A DNA stretch of 64,000 nt, taken from the sequence record PZ445449.1, one strand, 5' to 3'. Below are positions 55,439 through 64,000 of this stretch, piece after piece. The position numbers and the translations under genes are program-made. The stretch's first letter is position 1; every line of letters begins with the position of its first letter. The notes under the pieces were generated by a model that saw only the letters and a list, made by a program, of their open reading frames with translations, was not told the origin of the DNA and made no database searches. Origin of the DNA: a phage.

Positions 55439-55618
55439 ATGGCTATTATTGCAAAAACTGAGATCGTAGGCTTAGATTCTATTCTCCTCGCATATGAGGA
55501 AGCTATAGAAATGTATGTGGTTTCCTATGGTGAGTATATCCGTGAATATAAATCTATTGATCTGGCTTTTGAATGTTATATTCGCCAGGTAAATAAAGCA
55601 TATGATGATTATCGTTAA
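55439..55618 (+). CDS. hypothetical small protein (59 aa, below ORF-track cutoff)
   Basis: ATG immediately after promoter/hairpin/RBS cassette. Confidence 0.45.
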   Translation: MAIIAKTEIVGLDSILLAYEEAIEMYVVSYGEYIREYKSIDLAFECYIRQVNKAYDDYR

Positions 55619-55709
55619 AATAGTTTGGCAACAAACAACCATCTAACAAAGCATAATACATAAGGTGGTAGAATGATCCTCCACCCGGAACAAAGAAGAG
55701 GTAAACACC

Positions 55710-55814
55710 ATGAAACAAAAATTAATTGATGCTGTGATCCTTGTTATTGCCCTGGGTATTGTCCTGATTGCAACCATGGCTAATGTGATCTTGTCTTCCA
55801 ACGGTATCGGGTGA
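55710..55814 (+). CDS. small membrane peptide (34 aa)
   Basis: ATG after AAGAGG; single hydrophobic helix. Confidence 0.3.
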   Translation: MKQKLIDAVILVIALGIVLIATMANVILSSNGIG

Positions 55815-55823
55815 GGTTGGCAA

Positions 55824-56039
55824 ATGATCACTAACAAAACAGGCAAAACAGAATTTTTACGCAACTTGCAGATCGGCAAGCCTGAGATCTGGCATTGCAC
55901 TAAAGCGCCACGTGACGAAATGAAAGACTTCACCGCCACGCTGCAACGGGTAAAGATATCCATCACGCAGAAAAAGGCCTTAATAGTGGTGGAAGGTGAG
56001 ATCCCTCAAACCGTTGTTATAGTTGAGCGTACAGCATAG
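55824..56039 (+). CDS. hypothetical small protein
   Basis: 71-aa ORF. Confidence 0.4.
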   Translation: MITNKTGKTEFLRNLQIGKPEIWHCTKAPRDEMKDFTATLQRVKISITQKKALIVVEGEIPQTVVIVERTA

Positions 56040-56130
56040 TTTAATTTATACCGATACCCGAAAATTAACCAACAAAGCATAAACAGGCGGTTACCGCCGC
56101 CTTAAACGTAGCAGAAAGAGGATAGACACA

Positions 56131-56415
56131 ATGAAAAAGATGATCGCAGTGGTTGCCCTGGTTGTTGGACTTAATGCGCCTGTAATGGCTAAAGAGCTGG
56201 CAAAAGAGGTTAATCTAACGGATATTCATGCCGTCAATCAAATAGGGGTTACTTATCGCTTATGCCTTGCCGCTAAAACTTTTAAGGACGGCACGACAGA
56301 GTACTACGGATTCGAGGGTATCCGGTGCGGTGAGCTTGCTCGCGACCTTAAGGAAGATCCAGACCTGGAAGATCTGCCCATAACCGTGAACGGGAAAACT
56401 TACGTAAACCGTTAA
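56131..56415 (+). CDS. secreted small protein (signal-peptide-like N-terminus)
   Basis: 94 aa; MKKMIAVVALVVGLNAPVMA; preceded by hairpin GGCGG-tta-CCGCC and GAAAGAGG RBS. Confidence 0.5.
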   Translation: MKKMIAVVALVVGLNAPVMAKELAKEVNLTDIHAVNQIGVTYRLCLAAKTFKDGTTEYYGFEGIRCGELARDLKEDPDLEDLPITVNGKTYVNR

Positions 56416-56417
56416 CC

Positions 56418-56552
56418 ATGAGAAAGATAATTATCACCTTGGGGATTGTGGCGGGATCGCTGGCGCTCTTTCCCCTTATGGTTAGATATGTGCTGATCAG
56501 TATTGTCCTGATAGTCAGTGATCTATTGGAAACGGTTGGCACCTTGTTTTAA
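56418..56552 (+). CDS. small membrane peptide (44 aa)
   Basis: ATG 2 nt after upstream stop; two hydrophobic stretches. Confidence 0.3.
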   Translation: MRKIIITLGIVAGSLALFPLMVRYVLISIVLIVSDLLETVGTLF

Positions 56553-56564
56553 AGAGCGGTAAAA

Positions 56565-56756
56565 ATGAATATCGAACAAGTTAGAAAGGTATTAGCAGTA
56601 CTGCGTTATCATAATCATAGAAAGGTTATAGACGATCCTGATTATGTTGATTCAAGTCTGGAAGGGGATACACTGCAAGCCATAAGCAACATGCAAGAAT
56701 TGCTAAAGCGCATGACAGAGAAAAACCGACCGGACTACATAGGCGAAAAAATATAA
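56565..56756 (+). CDS. hypothetical small protein
   Basis: 63-aa ORF. Confidence 0.45.
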   Translation: MNIEQVRKVLAVLRYHNHRKVIDDPDYVDSSLEGDTLQAISNMQELLKRMTEKNRPDYIGEKI

Positions 56757-56773
56757 TCCTTATAAACTACAAA

Positions 56774-56803
56774 ACAGGGCTTGCAATGGTCCTGTTTTTT
56801 GTT
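56774..56803 (+). terminator. intrinsic terminator
   Basis: ACAGGGC-ttgcaatg-GTCCTGT followed by TTTTTGTT. Confidence 0.55.
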
Positions 56804-56884
56804 ATACTTGTTTCACGGCAGGCACCTGGCGACGGGGGGAGACAATCACCGGGTGTGCCTGCTATATAAAAACTATAAAAACCG

Positions 56885-56913
56885 TTGACATCTGCCAGGT
56901 GGTGGGGTAGCAT
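56885..56913 (+). promoter_or_regulatory. sigma70-type promoter
   Basis: TTGACA - 17 nt - TAGCAT. Confidence 0.5.
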
Positions 56914-56968
56914 TTATCTCGAAGGGGGCAAAAGCGCCCACACAACAACCGGAAGAGAGGAAAACGCC

Positions 56969-57241
56969 ATGTTAAGCTGGATTAACCAAGAAGTTGAATC
57001 ACGTTTTAATGCTATTTGGGATCTCATCGAAAAAGAGGACGGAACATCAAGCCCTTATCTCAATAATCTTGAATTCCATTTCGTGGAAGCGATGAACGCA
57101 GAACATGATCACGAAGGTGGTGCGGATGAATTCGCTAAAGGATATGGCTTCAACAATGCCAACGAAATGATCGAGGCGGTTGTACTCCAGGCTGAGGAAG
57201 ATTATCAATTAAAAACGCTTGAATTCTGCCGCCGTAAGTAA
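56969..57241 (+). CDS. hypothetical protein
   Basis: ATG 56969 after AGAGAGG. Confidence 0.5.
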   Translation: MLSWINQEVESRFNAIWDLIEKEDGTSSPYLNNLEFHFVEAMNAEHDHEGGADEFAKGYGFNNANEMIEAVVLQAEEDYQLKTLEFCRRK

Positions 57242-57301
57242 TAAGATAATGACACGGGCCAAAAGGCCCACTAATCAGAACCGCACAAAGAGGTAAACAT
57301 C

Positions 57302-57565
57302 ATGAAACGTCTTGATCAGCTCAAATTAGTTCAATATATGGCTTATCGTGTTCTTGAAGTCCAGAAAGGTAGCAAAAAAGAGGTTTGCGAGAAAGCTTAT
57401 AAGATCTTCACTCGCAAAAAAGATGACTGGATGCTACGCCAGACTAAAAAGGCTGACATCTTGGGGTACCTGGAAGAAGAGATCCGCCTTGAAGAGCAAG
57501 AAGAGATCCGCCGTAGTGAGGCAGATTATCAGGCAGCTTGGGAAAACTGGATGAGCAACAAATAA
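57302..57565 (+). CDS. hypothetical small protein
   Basis: 87 aa; preceded by hairpin GGGCC-aaaa-GGCCC and AAAGAGG RBS. Confidence 0.5.
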   Translation: MKRLDQLKLVQYMAYRVLEVQKGSKKEVCEKAYKIFTRKKDDWMLRQTKKADILGYLEEEIRLEEQEEIRRSEADYQAAWENWMSNK

Positions 57566-57631
57566 TACAACAAGTTACATGGTCAGGGGCAATAAAGCCC
57601 CTTGATCACATAAAAATTATGCTATCCCTGG

Positions 57632-57660
57632 TTGACAGGGATCGGCAGTTTTGCTATATT
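57632..57660 (+). promoter_or_regulatory. sigma70-type promoter
   Basis: TTGACA - 17 nt - TATATT. Confidence 0.55.
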
Positions 57661-57709
57661 CTTTTTTGAAGGGAAGTTGTAAGAAAATTAACTAAGAGGT
57701 AAAAACACC

Positions 57710-58129
57710 ATGAACATTAAATCTAATAATCCGGCATATAGCTTTGATAACGCTTTTTGTCACGGTCCGGCGGCGAAAGGATTCGAAATCGATGGTAAAC
57801 TAATTATTGTCAATGTTGACGGGGAAGAGGTTGCAGTATATCCGGTGGCAGACGTAAAAAGCCGTTTACAATGCCGCATGGATGTTACCGCCTATCAGCT
57901 TGATCCGGTCCGCATAGTTGCCCTGGTCCTGGAAGAAGAAATTAAAGCCATGCACCATAGCAACAGATTTATTGGTGACGCGCAGGATAATATGAAAGTA
58001 TGCCGCCATAAAGTTAATAAAGTGCTTAAAGAGTACGGCTATAAAGATCTTATGATCAAACGTGAGGAAAAATTCCGCTACCGTAACGACCTGGCAAATC
58101 GGATTTTTGAAATATACGAATCATTATAA
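57710..58129 (+). CDS. hypothetical protein (last gene of rightward early block)
   Basis: 139 aa; TAAGAGG RBS. Confidence 0.5.
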   Translation: MNIKSNNPAYSFDNAFCHGPAAKGFEIDGKLIIVNVDGEEVAVYPVADVKSRLQCRMDVTAYQLDPVRIVALVLEEEIKAMHHSNRFIGDAQDNMKVCRHKVNKVLKEYGYKDLMIKREEKFRYRNDLANRIFEIYESL

Positions 58130-58147
58130 TTTTTTAACTGAATTATC

Positions 58148-58173
58148 AAGGGGCTTAGGCCCCTTTCTTTTTG
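58148..58173 (+). terminator. intrinsic terminator
   Basis: AAGGGGC-ttag-GCCCCTT followed by TCTTTTTG. Confidence 0.65.
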
Positions 58174-58179
58174 TCTGCT

Positions 58180-60620
58180 CTTCTCCTACCATAAACGGCC
58201 CTACCTGGCAAGTGGAATAATTGACGAGCCATCAATCCCACACACTGTACAAATATACATGTAAAATAACTATTGCATAACCTTTCATTGTGTGGTAGCA
58301 AGTCCATTTTTACCCGTTTTCTCTCCCAAAAGTGCACGTAATGCCGCTATTGCACAAATTTTAACCTGATGCACATCTCCAATATCTTGTCAACAACTAA
58401 AAATCTTTATAAGTCATACACTTACACAGCATCGAAAGCGTGTTCTACGCGAAAAATCGAGTATAACTATAGCCGCCAGATCTCAGAATTCACGTACGCA
58501 CGCCATTCTATAGCCTGCAAAGTATTTATTCCAACCACAGAATAACGGAATAGTCAATACCTGCATAAAATAATTATTCGTGTAAACTGCATAACATAAA
58601 TCAGCTCAGGTGTCAACATTTTTCGTAAACAGTCCGAAATTATCACGATGAGTTATCATAAACAGAGAAATCTTTAGTCGTCTAATGTTTACTGTACATT
58701 ACTATACTGACTGGAATCATTAGATGACTAAGAGAAAGATAAGAAATAATTAATAATGTAATTATTTTACCTGTAACAATAAGGCAACTATGCAAACGAA
58801 TGGCATGGCGCGACGGAGTCGCGACATAATATAAAAGCAGTAACCATCACCCCCGTGATAGTTTGTCTGCAATCTATTAATCAGATCATAGTTGCCTTGT
58901 ATTTAGTTAATCATGACATGATAAGCAAGGCAACTATAGATCTTCTAATAGTTGCCCTGCTTTTATATTATGTCATCTATTGTAAACAAGTTAATTATTA
59001 TCATGCAAACGAATGGCATGGCTTATCATCTCTGTATAAACAGTTTATGCGTGAACAGTGAGGCATGCAATAGTAAGGGCGGGAATAATGAGAGTGTAAA
59101 CGGTCAGGCATGTCAATTATGTCAATCGTGTCAGTTATGTCACCATTATGTCAGACAAGTTTTTCCCCTCTTTGTCAAGTGCTGCATGAAAAATTTACAA
59201 GCTTGTATGGTAGCATTTTTGCGGCCCTGTTTACATTCAGTAATGTATGTATAACCCTTGATGTGTGGGCGCTTAGACGTCTAGACGGTCAGAAGTCTGC
59301 AGGTCAATATCTAATCTATCGGCTGCTAACTATATCCCACACAAATAGTAATAAATATAATTGTTATATGCGTAAACAGTGACTCATGTTATCAATCCCT
59401 GTATGGATCGCCAGTGGTGCGCATAATGGGTATTATGTTAAATTGCCCGTAATGATAACAGTTCTCACAATGATAGGTATTCTCATTCATCCACACAAAA
59501 TAGGTTGCAAATGTTGTGCCACTGTGTGAACGGCCTGGCCTATTAATTTCTCTCACTGCCTCGATATTTGAGAATTGTTATAAGAATGAGAAGTATTCCC
59601 ATTCCGTCCGCCTGGCAGCGCTCCTGTAGGTCCTGCAAGGACTCTAGCTGAAAGCTAGACCCTTCGGGCCTCCCTGTAGGTCAGGTCAAAATCGTGGTAG
59701 AATTGGGCCTATTCAGATATTTCTGGCTGACTCTTCAGGTCTGTGTGGGAAAAGCCAACCTCTCCGGCGGGGCAGGGGGAGGTCAATTAAAAAATTTACG
59801 TGGTGTATGAAGCGCTCTTCAGGTAAGGCAGGTATTATGGGATGAAACCCTCTTCAGGCAATGATATTTGTGGGTGTGATATTTGCTGGAAAGCCAGATA
59901 TGACGGGACTCCCGGCGGGGCAGGGGTAGTACAGACAGGGAAAATATGGGGATGTAGTTGGGGAAATTGATCAGACAGGTAGAGTATGGAATATGTTACA
60001 AGTATGTTAAATATGGAGGGTGAATATCTGTAGGATTTGTGTGTAAAATCAAAGACTTAAGCGGTGTTGTGGTATTTTCTATAAATAATTCAAGTTTAAT
60101 AGGCAATATTTGTCTCTATCCGTTTTGTGTGGTAAACAGATTCAGATTAGATTGGTTTACAAGTGTATACATAATATACAAATTAAAGATACAAGAAACC
60201 CCCCCTCCCCCCTTCGGCTACCATTCACCTTTTCCTCTGACTGGTACTTAAACACTTATTCAGACTCTTCAGGTTATCACCCATATATCATATGGCAGTG
60301 ACTGGTGTCCTCCGGCCCCTCTTTCGTCACCCGTCCGCTTCGCCATGCTAATGCCATAGCCAATGGTTCGGTTGTTCACCCTGTTCACTCAGGTGTATCT
60401 CCATACCCCTTCAAACCGAAGAGAACAGAAAACCCGAATTACTCGGTAAAAGAAAAGAGAAGAACTTAATTTTATCAGGATAGGCAAGAATGTCAAGGCA
60501 TGACTGCTCACTAAACAAGCAAACAGTCATGTGTGGGAGGTAAGTGATTGTGGTGGTAGGAAATTTAGTTGAAAGATGTGTTATAGGTGCTCCCAGCACT
60601 TTAGCCGGGTAGCTAATTGT
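58180..60620. repeat. about 2.4 kb non-coding, repeat- and hairpin-dense region between convergent transcription units
   Basis: No convincing ORF; ATGCAAACGAATGGCATGGC x2; inverted GGCAACTAT/ATAGTTGCC arms; five TGTCA repeats 59111-59153; CCTGTAGGTC x2; CTCTTCAGG x4; CCGGCGGGGCAGGGG x2; C-rich tract at ~60199. Confidence 0.6.
59101..59156. repeat. iteron-like array of five TGTCA repeats at 9-11 bp spacing
   Basis: TGTCA starts at 59111, 59120, 59129, 59138, 59149. Confidence 0.6.
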
Positions 60621-60623
60621 GTG

Positions 60624-60839
60624 TCAGTCCAGTGGTTCATCACCTACTTCACTGAAATCAATGTTCATGGTCTCCTCCCAACCATCAATCTCAGCACCAG
60701 AGTAGAGATCTTTAGGACTTACTCCCAAAGCCTCAGCAACAGAGTCTATATTTAACACCTCTGGCAGGTATGATTCATCGAATTCAAGGTAAATCAGGCC
60801 ACGAGTGTTGTCAGCTCCACCAAATATTTCTATCTTCAT
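60624..60839 (-). CDS. hypothetical acidic small protein
   Basis: ATG at 60839 preceded by AGGAGA (track start 60905 is upstream alternative). Confidence 0.45.
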   Translation of the reverse strand: MKIEIFGGADNTRGLIYLEFDESYLPEVLNIDSVAEALGVSPKDLYSGAEIDGWEETMNIDFSEVGDEPLD

Positions 60840-60959
60840 GAAATCTCCTCTGGAAATGAGAATGTGAACAGGGTTTATATGTTCCAATGCACTGGAATTA
60901 TGCACGTTTGCCTCTTCAGGCCATGCTTTAGCATGAGGAACCTGTGTGGGCTCGGTGCT

Positions 60960-61373
60960 TCATAGTCTACCACCTCTGAACTCTTCGTGCTCAGGCATAA
61001 TAGAGAACCAGATATCTACGATGTCTTCCCACGTTAGGTCATCAGCCTCAGGATCTACCTGGAGCGAAGATGGAGAATCTTCAGAATCGAAGTTTTCCTC
61101 TTGCACTGGCTCAGTCAAGGGACATATAGTCACTCCTTTGGATGTCTCTTCAGATGCATGTGTGTTTATCATGTTCCACCCGTGAGTATTCCGGCAACAG
61201 CCACTATGGACGTAATGATCATCAGGATCACCACCAAAACCTCTGACAATGTTTTCATTGTGTATCCCATATTCTCCAAACGATGTGTGGATACTATCAC
61301 TGGAGCGGCAATGTGTCAACAGAAACGCCGCGAGGGTTTGGTTAAAATCCGAGCGTATGGTGATTTGGGTCAA
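60960..61373 (-). CDS. hypothetical protein
   Basis: 137-aa ORF. Confidence 0.45.
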   Translation of the reverse strand: MTQITIRSDFNQTLAAFLLTHCRSSDSIHTSFGEYGIHNENIVRGFGGDPDDHYVHSGCCRNTHGWNMINTHASEETSKGVTICPLTEPVQEENFDSEDSPSSLQVDPEADDLTWEDIVDIWFSIMPEHEEFRGGRL

Positions 61374-61532
61374 AACGGACGTGCGTTCTCGCTACGCTCG
61401 AAATATGGGGTTGTTTGTAGGGAGCTCTTAAACGCTCTGTAATGAGATTAACTACCCAAGGTATGCAATCGTGCACCAGATAAAGAAAAGGACGCCACAG
61501 AGCGTCCTAGGTGTCTTAAATTTGATATTTTG

Positions 61533-61844
61533 CTATACCCACGAGGGCTTATCAAGGTTGGAGTAGCTGAAAGGTGTCAAAAGGTGACTGTCAAAATCTC
61601 TCAAACTATCCAAATCTTTTTCCTCGTCCTGACACCATCTGTGCCTACATTTGTTGTTGTAGTGCATGGAATGCATAGCGTTCTGCAACTTAACAGGCAC
61701 AAGTGATTCAGGAGTAGATAGTATTGTTGGGTATGCCAGAACCACCTCAAACAGTGGAAACACATCGAAACTAAAGTCTACCTCTGCAGAGGTTGATGGC
61801 ATATAGGAGTATTTAGCCGCCTTTGTAGACATAATCCACCTCAC
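61533..61844 (-). CDS. hypothetical protein
   Basis: 103-aa ORF, stop overlaps next start. Confidence 0.45.
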   Translation of the reverse strand: MRWIMSTKAAKYSYMPSTSAEVDFSFDVFPLFEVVLAYPTILSTPESLVPVKLQNAMHSMHYNNKCRHRWCQDEEKDLDSLRDFDSHLLTPFSYSNLDKPSWV

Positions 61845-62218
61845 ACAGGTTTGATAATACCTTCACCGAATAACTCTTCATATCTAATCTTATCCGGATC
61901 CCACTCCTGGATAATTTCGAAGACAATATCCAACCCAGGAATAATCACTTCTCCAGTGTCAAGTTTGGCAAGAACAAAACCAGAAGGCTGAATGGTTTCC
62001 CAGTTGCGACGATTGGAATAGAAGACCTCGAAAATATCACCGACCTTGATCTGTTGATCAAGATGTTCAAGATTCTCTTTCATATAGACGCAGCGGATTT
62101 TTCGTGCAGGCCATAGACCACCTGCATCACGTTCATTTAGCTCTTTCACAGTGATTGGCATTCTCATAGCTGGTTCCTTTTGCAAATAGTGAAAGAGGGG
62201 CCGTAGCCCCTCTGCCAT
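61841..62218 (-). CDS. hypothetical protein
   Basis: 125-aa ORF. Confidence 0.5.
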   Translation of the reverse strand: MAEGLRPLFHYLQKEPAMRMPITVKELNERDAGGLWPARKIRCVYMKENLEHLDQQIKVGDIFEVFYSNRRNWETIQPSGFVLAKLDTGEVIIPGLDIVFEIIQEWDPDKIRYEELFGEGIIKPV

Positions 62219-62219
62219 A

Positions 62220-62525
62220 TTATTCTACAGAGCGTTTGAACAGAATGTCTGCCTCAGACATGTGCTCAACCTCTTCTTCAATCTTAGCGCGACGTTTTTC
62301 AGCTTCGTAGCGGATATCAAACTCTGTAGCCACCAAAGATTTGATGAATTTAGGAGAATACAGATGATCCTGCTTCTCAACAAGAATGATATCCTTGATG
62401 GCATCTTTCAAATCTTTAATCTGAAGCTGGAGTTCCACCAGTTCTTCGATTGTTTTGCGAAGGCGATCACGCTCTGCAGTGTCAGAAGGAAGAGAGGTGA
62501 ACAGTTCAACTTTAGATTTAGCCAT
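62220..62525 (-). CDS. coiled-coil protein
   Basis: 101 aa; charged heptad-like sequence. Confidence 0.5.
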   Translation of the reverse strand: MAKSKVELFTSLPSDTAERDRLRKTIEELVELQLQIKDLKDAIKDIILVEKQDHLYSPKFIKSLVATEFDIRYEAEKRRAKIEEEVEHMSEADILFKRSVE

Positions 62526-62553
62526 AGTAAGAGTCTCCTTATGTTGTTTTAAA

Positions 62554-62805
62554 TTAACGTTCTACAAAAATACCGTTCAGTTCAATAACCAGGAATTTCT
62601 GGTCTTCACTATCGTCTCGTGCCAGCACCTCACAGACGTATCGGTCATCCCCATCATCATCGCAGTCAAATACAAGACTGAGGACTTTATCATGGTAAAC
62701 CTTCGCCACTACCGCCTCGTAAGTATTGCCGATTGTGAATCCAAGATAATCTCCGATGCATTTGACAACAACATGGTCTCCAGCATTTAAGTCAATCTTC
62801 GTCAT
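62554..62805 (-). CDS. hypothetical small protein
   Basis: ATG at 62805 after AAGGAG. Confidence 0.45.
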   Translation of the reverse strand: MTKIDLNAGDHVVVKCIGDYLGFTIGNTYEAVVAKVYHDKVLSLVFDCDDDGDDRYVCEVLARDDSEDQKFLVIELNGIFVER

Positions 62806-62932
62806 TACTGCGCTCCTTGGGTAATAATACTGTATGTAAAACTTTAACCAGAGATGTGAATAACGCCCCAAAACACACCGATAGCGCTAAAACAGACAAG
62901 GCCATCATTAAAGCTTCAGTAAAATCAGTCAT
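62792..62932 (-). CDS. small membrane peptide (46 aa)
   Basis: ATG after AAGAGGTGAGGA RBS; hydrophobic core; overlaps downstream gene start. Confidence 0.3.
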   Translation of the reverse strand: MTDFTEALMMALSVLALSVCFGALFTSLVKVLHTVLLPKERSNDED

Positions 62933-62960
62933 TCCTCACCTCTTGTTAGTCACTATACTA

Positions 62961-63224
62961 TCATTTATCCTTGTCGTCAAGAACTTTTTTAAATCTTTCA
63001 GGGATATCTCCCGTTCTTAGATAGTTCATGACCTCGCAAGGTTCCCACTTGAATTTCTTACAGAGCAGGGCGGCTGAGATTGTTTCATTGCGAAAAGAAA
63101 GGATATTAATATCCCACTCTGAGAACCCCAACTTCCGAAGGGTAGCTACAGAAATCCTCACCGCAACCCAGCAGCAAAAACATGCAACAAACGCCACTGC
63201 TACAACCCACATCAGGATGTTCAT
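62961..63224 (-). CDS. small membrane protein
   Basis: 87 aa; N-terminal hydrophobic helix. Confidence 0.45.
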   Translation of the reverse strand: MNILMWVVAVAFVACFCCWVAVRISVATLRKLGFSEWDINILSFRNETISAALLCKKFKWEPCEVMNYLRTGDIPERFKKVLDDKDK

Positions 63225-63313
63225 ATAAGCACCTTACTGAAATACAAGACACAGTGTTAAGGTTACTGACCAGCAAATAATTAGCAGGACCATTGCAACC
63301 TTGGCAAGATTTA

Positions 63314-63601
63314 TCATAGTGCCTCTAAGATTTCATATCCTTCAGGTCGAAATACAAGCCACTCCGTGGCTCCGTTTGGTCGATACGCTTTATACAGAAC
63401 AACCTGATCTCGGCACATGCACATAGCTACATAGTTTTCATCCACACCTGCAGCCTGCATTGCAGCTTCTTCTCCGGCAACTGCTTTGCTTACAACCTCC
63501 TTGGTAGGCAGGTGTGCGATCAGCTCGTCACCATCATTAATTCCAAAATGGCTGAGTTCTCCATTGGTATCTTTAATCTTAATCTTAACCAGATCTTTCA
63601 T
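63314..63601 (-). CDS. hypothetical protein
   Basis: 95-aa ORF, start abuts upstream gene stop. Confidence 0.5.
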   Translation of the reverse strand: MKDLVKIKIKDTNGELSHFGINDGDELIAHLPTKEVVSKAVAGEEAAMQAAGVDENYVAMCMCRDQVVLYKAYRPNGATEWLVFRPEGYEILEAL

Positions 63602-63930
63602 TAGTCTTCCTCCAGGTTCAAAGGCCCTAAGATTTCATATGCCAGATTAGAAGTTACCAGAGGGTCTTCTGCATCTTTAGTATTGTACCACCCGTGAATA
63701 ACCAGAGTCCCACTTTGTTTCATGTCCAACTGGAACTCTTCTGCCGTTTCCTCATCCAGCTCCAAGATTTCCATGAGGTATTTGATGTTAGGAAGGTATG
63801 CAGCTGTTACAGTTCCCTCCACCAAACCTTCGGGCCAACCTACATCCGGATGACAAGTAGGAACCAAGTTGGTCAACTTAATGGTGTACGCTTTTTCTGC
63901 ACGAGCCTTCAGTAACGGGTCAATCTTCAT
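63601..63930 (-). CDS. hypothetical protein
   Basis: 109 aa; GAGGAGG RBS. Confidence 0.5.
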   Translation of the reverse strand: MKIDPLLKARAEKAYTIKLTNLVPTCHPDVGWPEGLVEGTVTAAYLPNIKYLMEILELDEETAEEFQLDMKQSGTLVIHGWYNTKDAEDPLVTSNLAYEILGPLNLEED

Positions 63931-64000
63931 TATTCGTCCTCCTCTTCGGTACCTGCTTCCAGTAATAAGTTAAGAATATCTTCTGCACAAGGTTCATAGA
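63930..64000 (-). CDS. 3' end of a gene whose start lies beyond the window
   Basis: Minus-strand frame open to window edge, ends acidic ...EAGTEEEDE; stop overlaps start of 63601-63930. Confidence 0.3.
   Translation of the reverse strand, partial: YEPCAEDILNLLLEAGTEEEDE

Noticed and set aside
49051-57270. 5'-UTR hairpins as intrinsic terminators of the upstream genes
   Set aside because: They lie downstream of the -10 hexamers, are not followed by U-tracts, and separate terminators with U-tracts exist elsewhere
58855-60301. Track ORFs 58855-59061, 58952-59254, 59110-59382, 60039-60251 and 60110-60301 as protein-coding genes
   Set aside because: They overlap each other in different frames, lie in AT-rich low-complexity repeat DNA, lack ribosome-binding sites, and their predicted products are compositionally odd
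58180-60620. tRNA or rRNA genes in the long non-coding region
   Set aside because: No GTTCGAATC/GTTCRANYC T-loop-like motif with matching acceptor/anticodon arms was found by eye and no rRNA-like conserved blocks; a covariance-model scan would be needed to exclude this fully
1-64000. Phage-encoded single-subunit RNA polymerase, integrase/repressor, or reverse transcriptase
   Set aside because: No ORF with the corresponding motifs (RNAP palm motifs, tyrosine/serine recombinase catalytic residues, YxDD) was seen; the 809-aa ORF is a DNA polymerase by its exonuclease and A/B motifs

Overview
This window reads as one contiguous stretch of a lytic tailed dsDNA phage genome with a proteobacterial-type expression signal set (TTGACA-N16-18-TATAAT promoters, AGGAG ribosome-binding sites). 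All calls are from reading the sequence and ORF track by eye; no searches or folding were run. Layout: (1) 1-13.4 kb, plus strand, tail-fibre/structural module with two paralogous tail-fibre genes, a tail-fibre assembly-like gene, a beta-helix fibre and a giant 1878-aa protein with an Ig-like segment; (2) 13.4-20.4 kb, minus strand, small genes including a HAD-type phosphatase, a tandem array of four paralogous ~87-aa genes and a vWA/HExxH protein; (3) 20.5-47 kb, plus strand, replication module: MoxR-like AAA+ ATPase, secreted SleB/CwlJ-like hydrolase, GHKL-type ATPase, PIF1/Dda-like helicase, C5-methyltransferase-like protein, HNH-AP2 endonuclease, primase-helicase, family-A DNA polymerase, SSB-like protein and a macro-domain protein; (4) 48-58 kb, plus strand, about 35 small early-type genes, most with their own sigma70 promoter and a 5'-UTR hairpin; (5) 60.6-64 kb, minus strand small genes. 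Most notable: the DNA polymerase is split inside catalytic motif C by an ~840-bp insertion carrying an HNH endonuclease gene (candidate group I intron); two long repeat-dense non-coding regions (47.06-48.08 kb and 58.2-60.6 kb) that are candidate origin/terminus or ncRNA loci; a 45-bp palindromic promoter element present in three near-identical copies; and a GHKL ATPase plus uncharacterised partner next to the helicase. No rRNA, tRNA, CRISPR array, reverse transcriptase, integrase or phage RNA polymerase was recognised.
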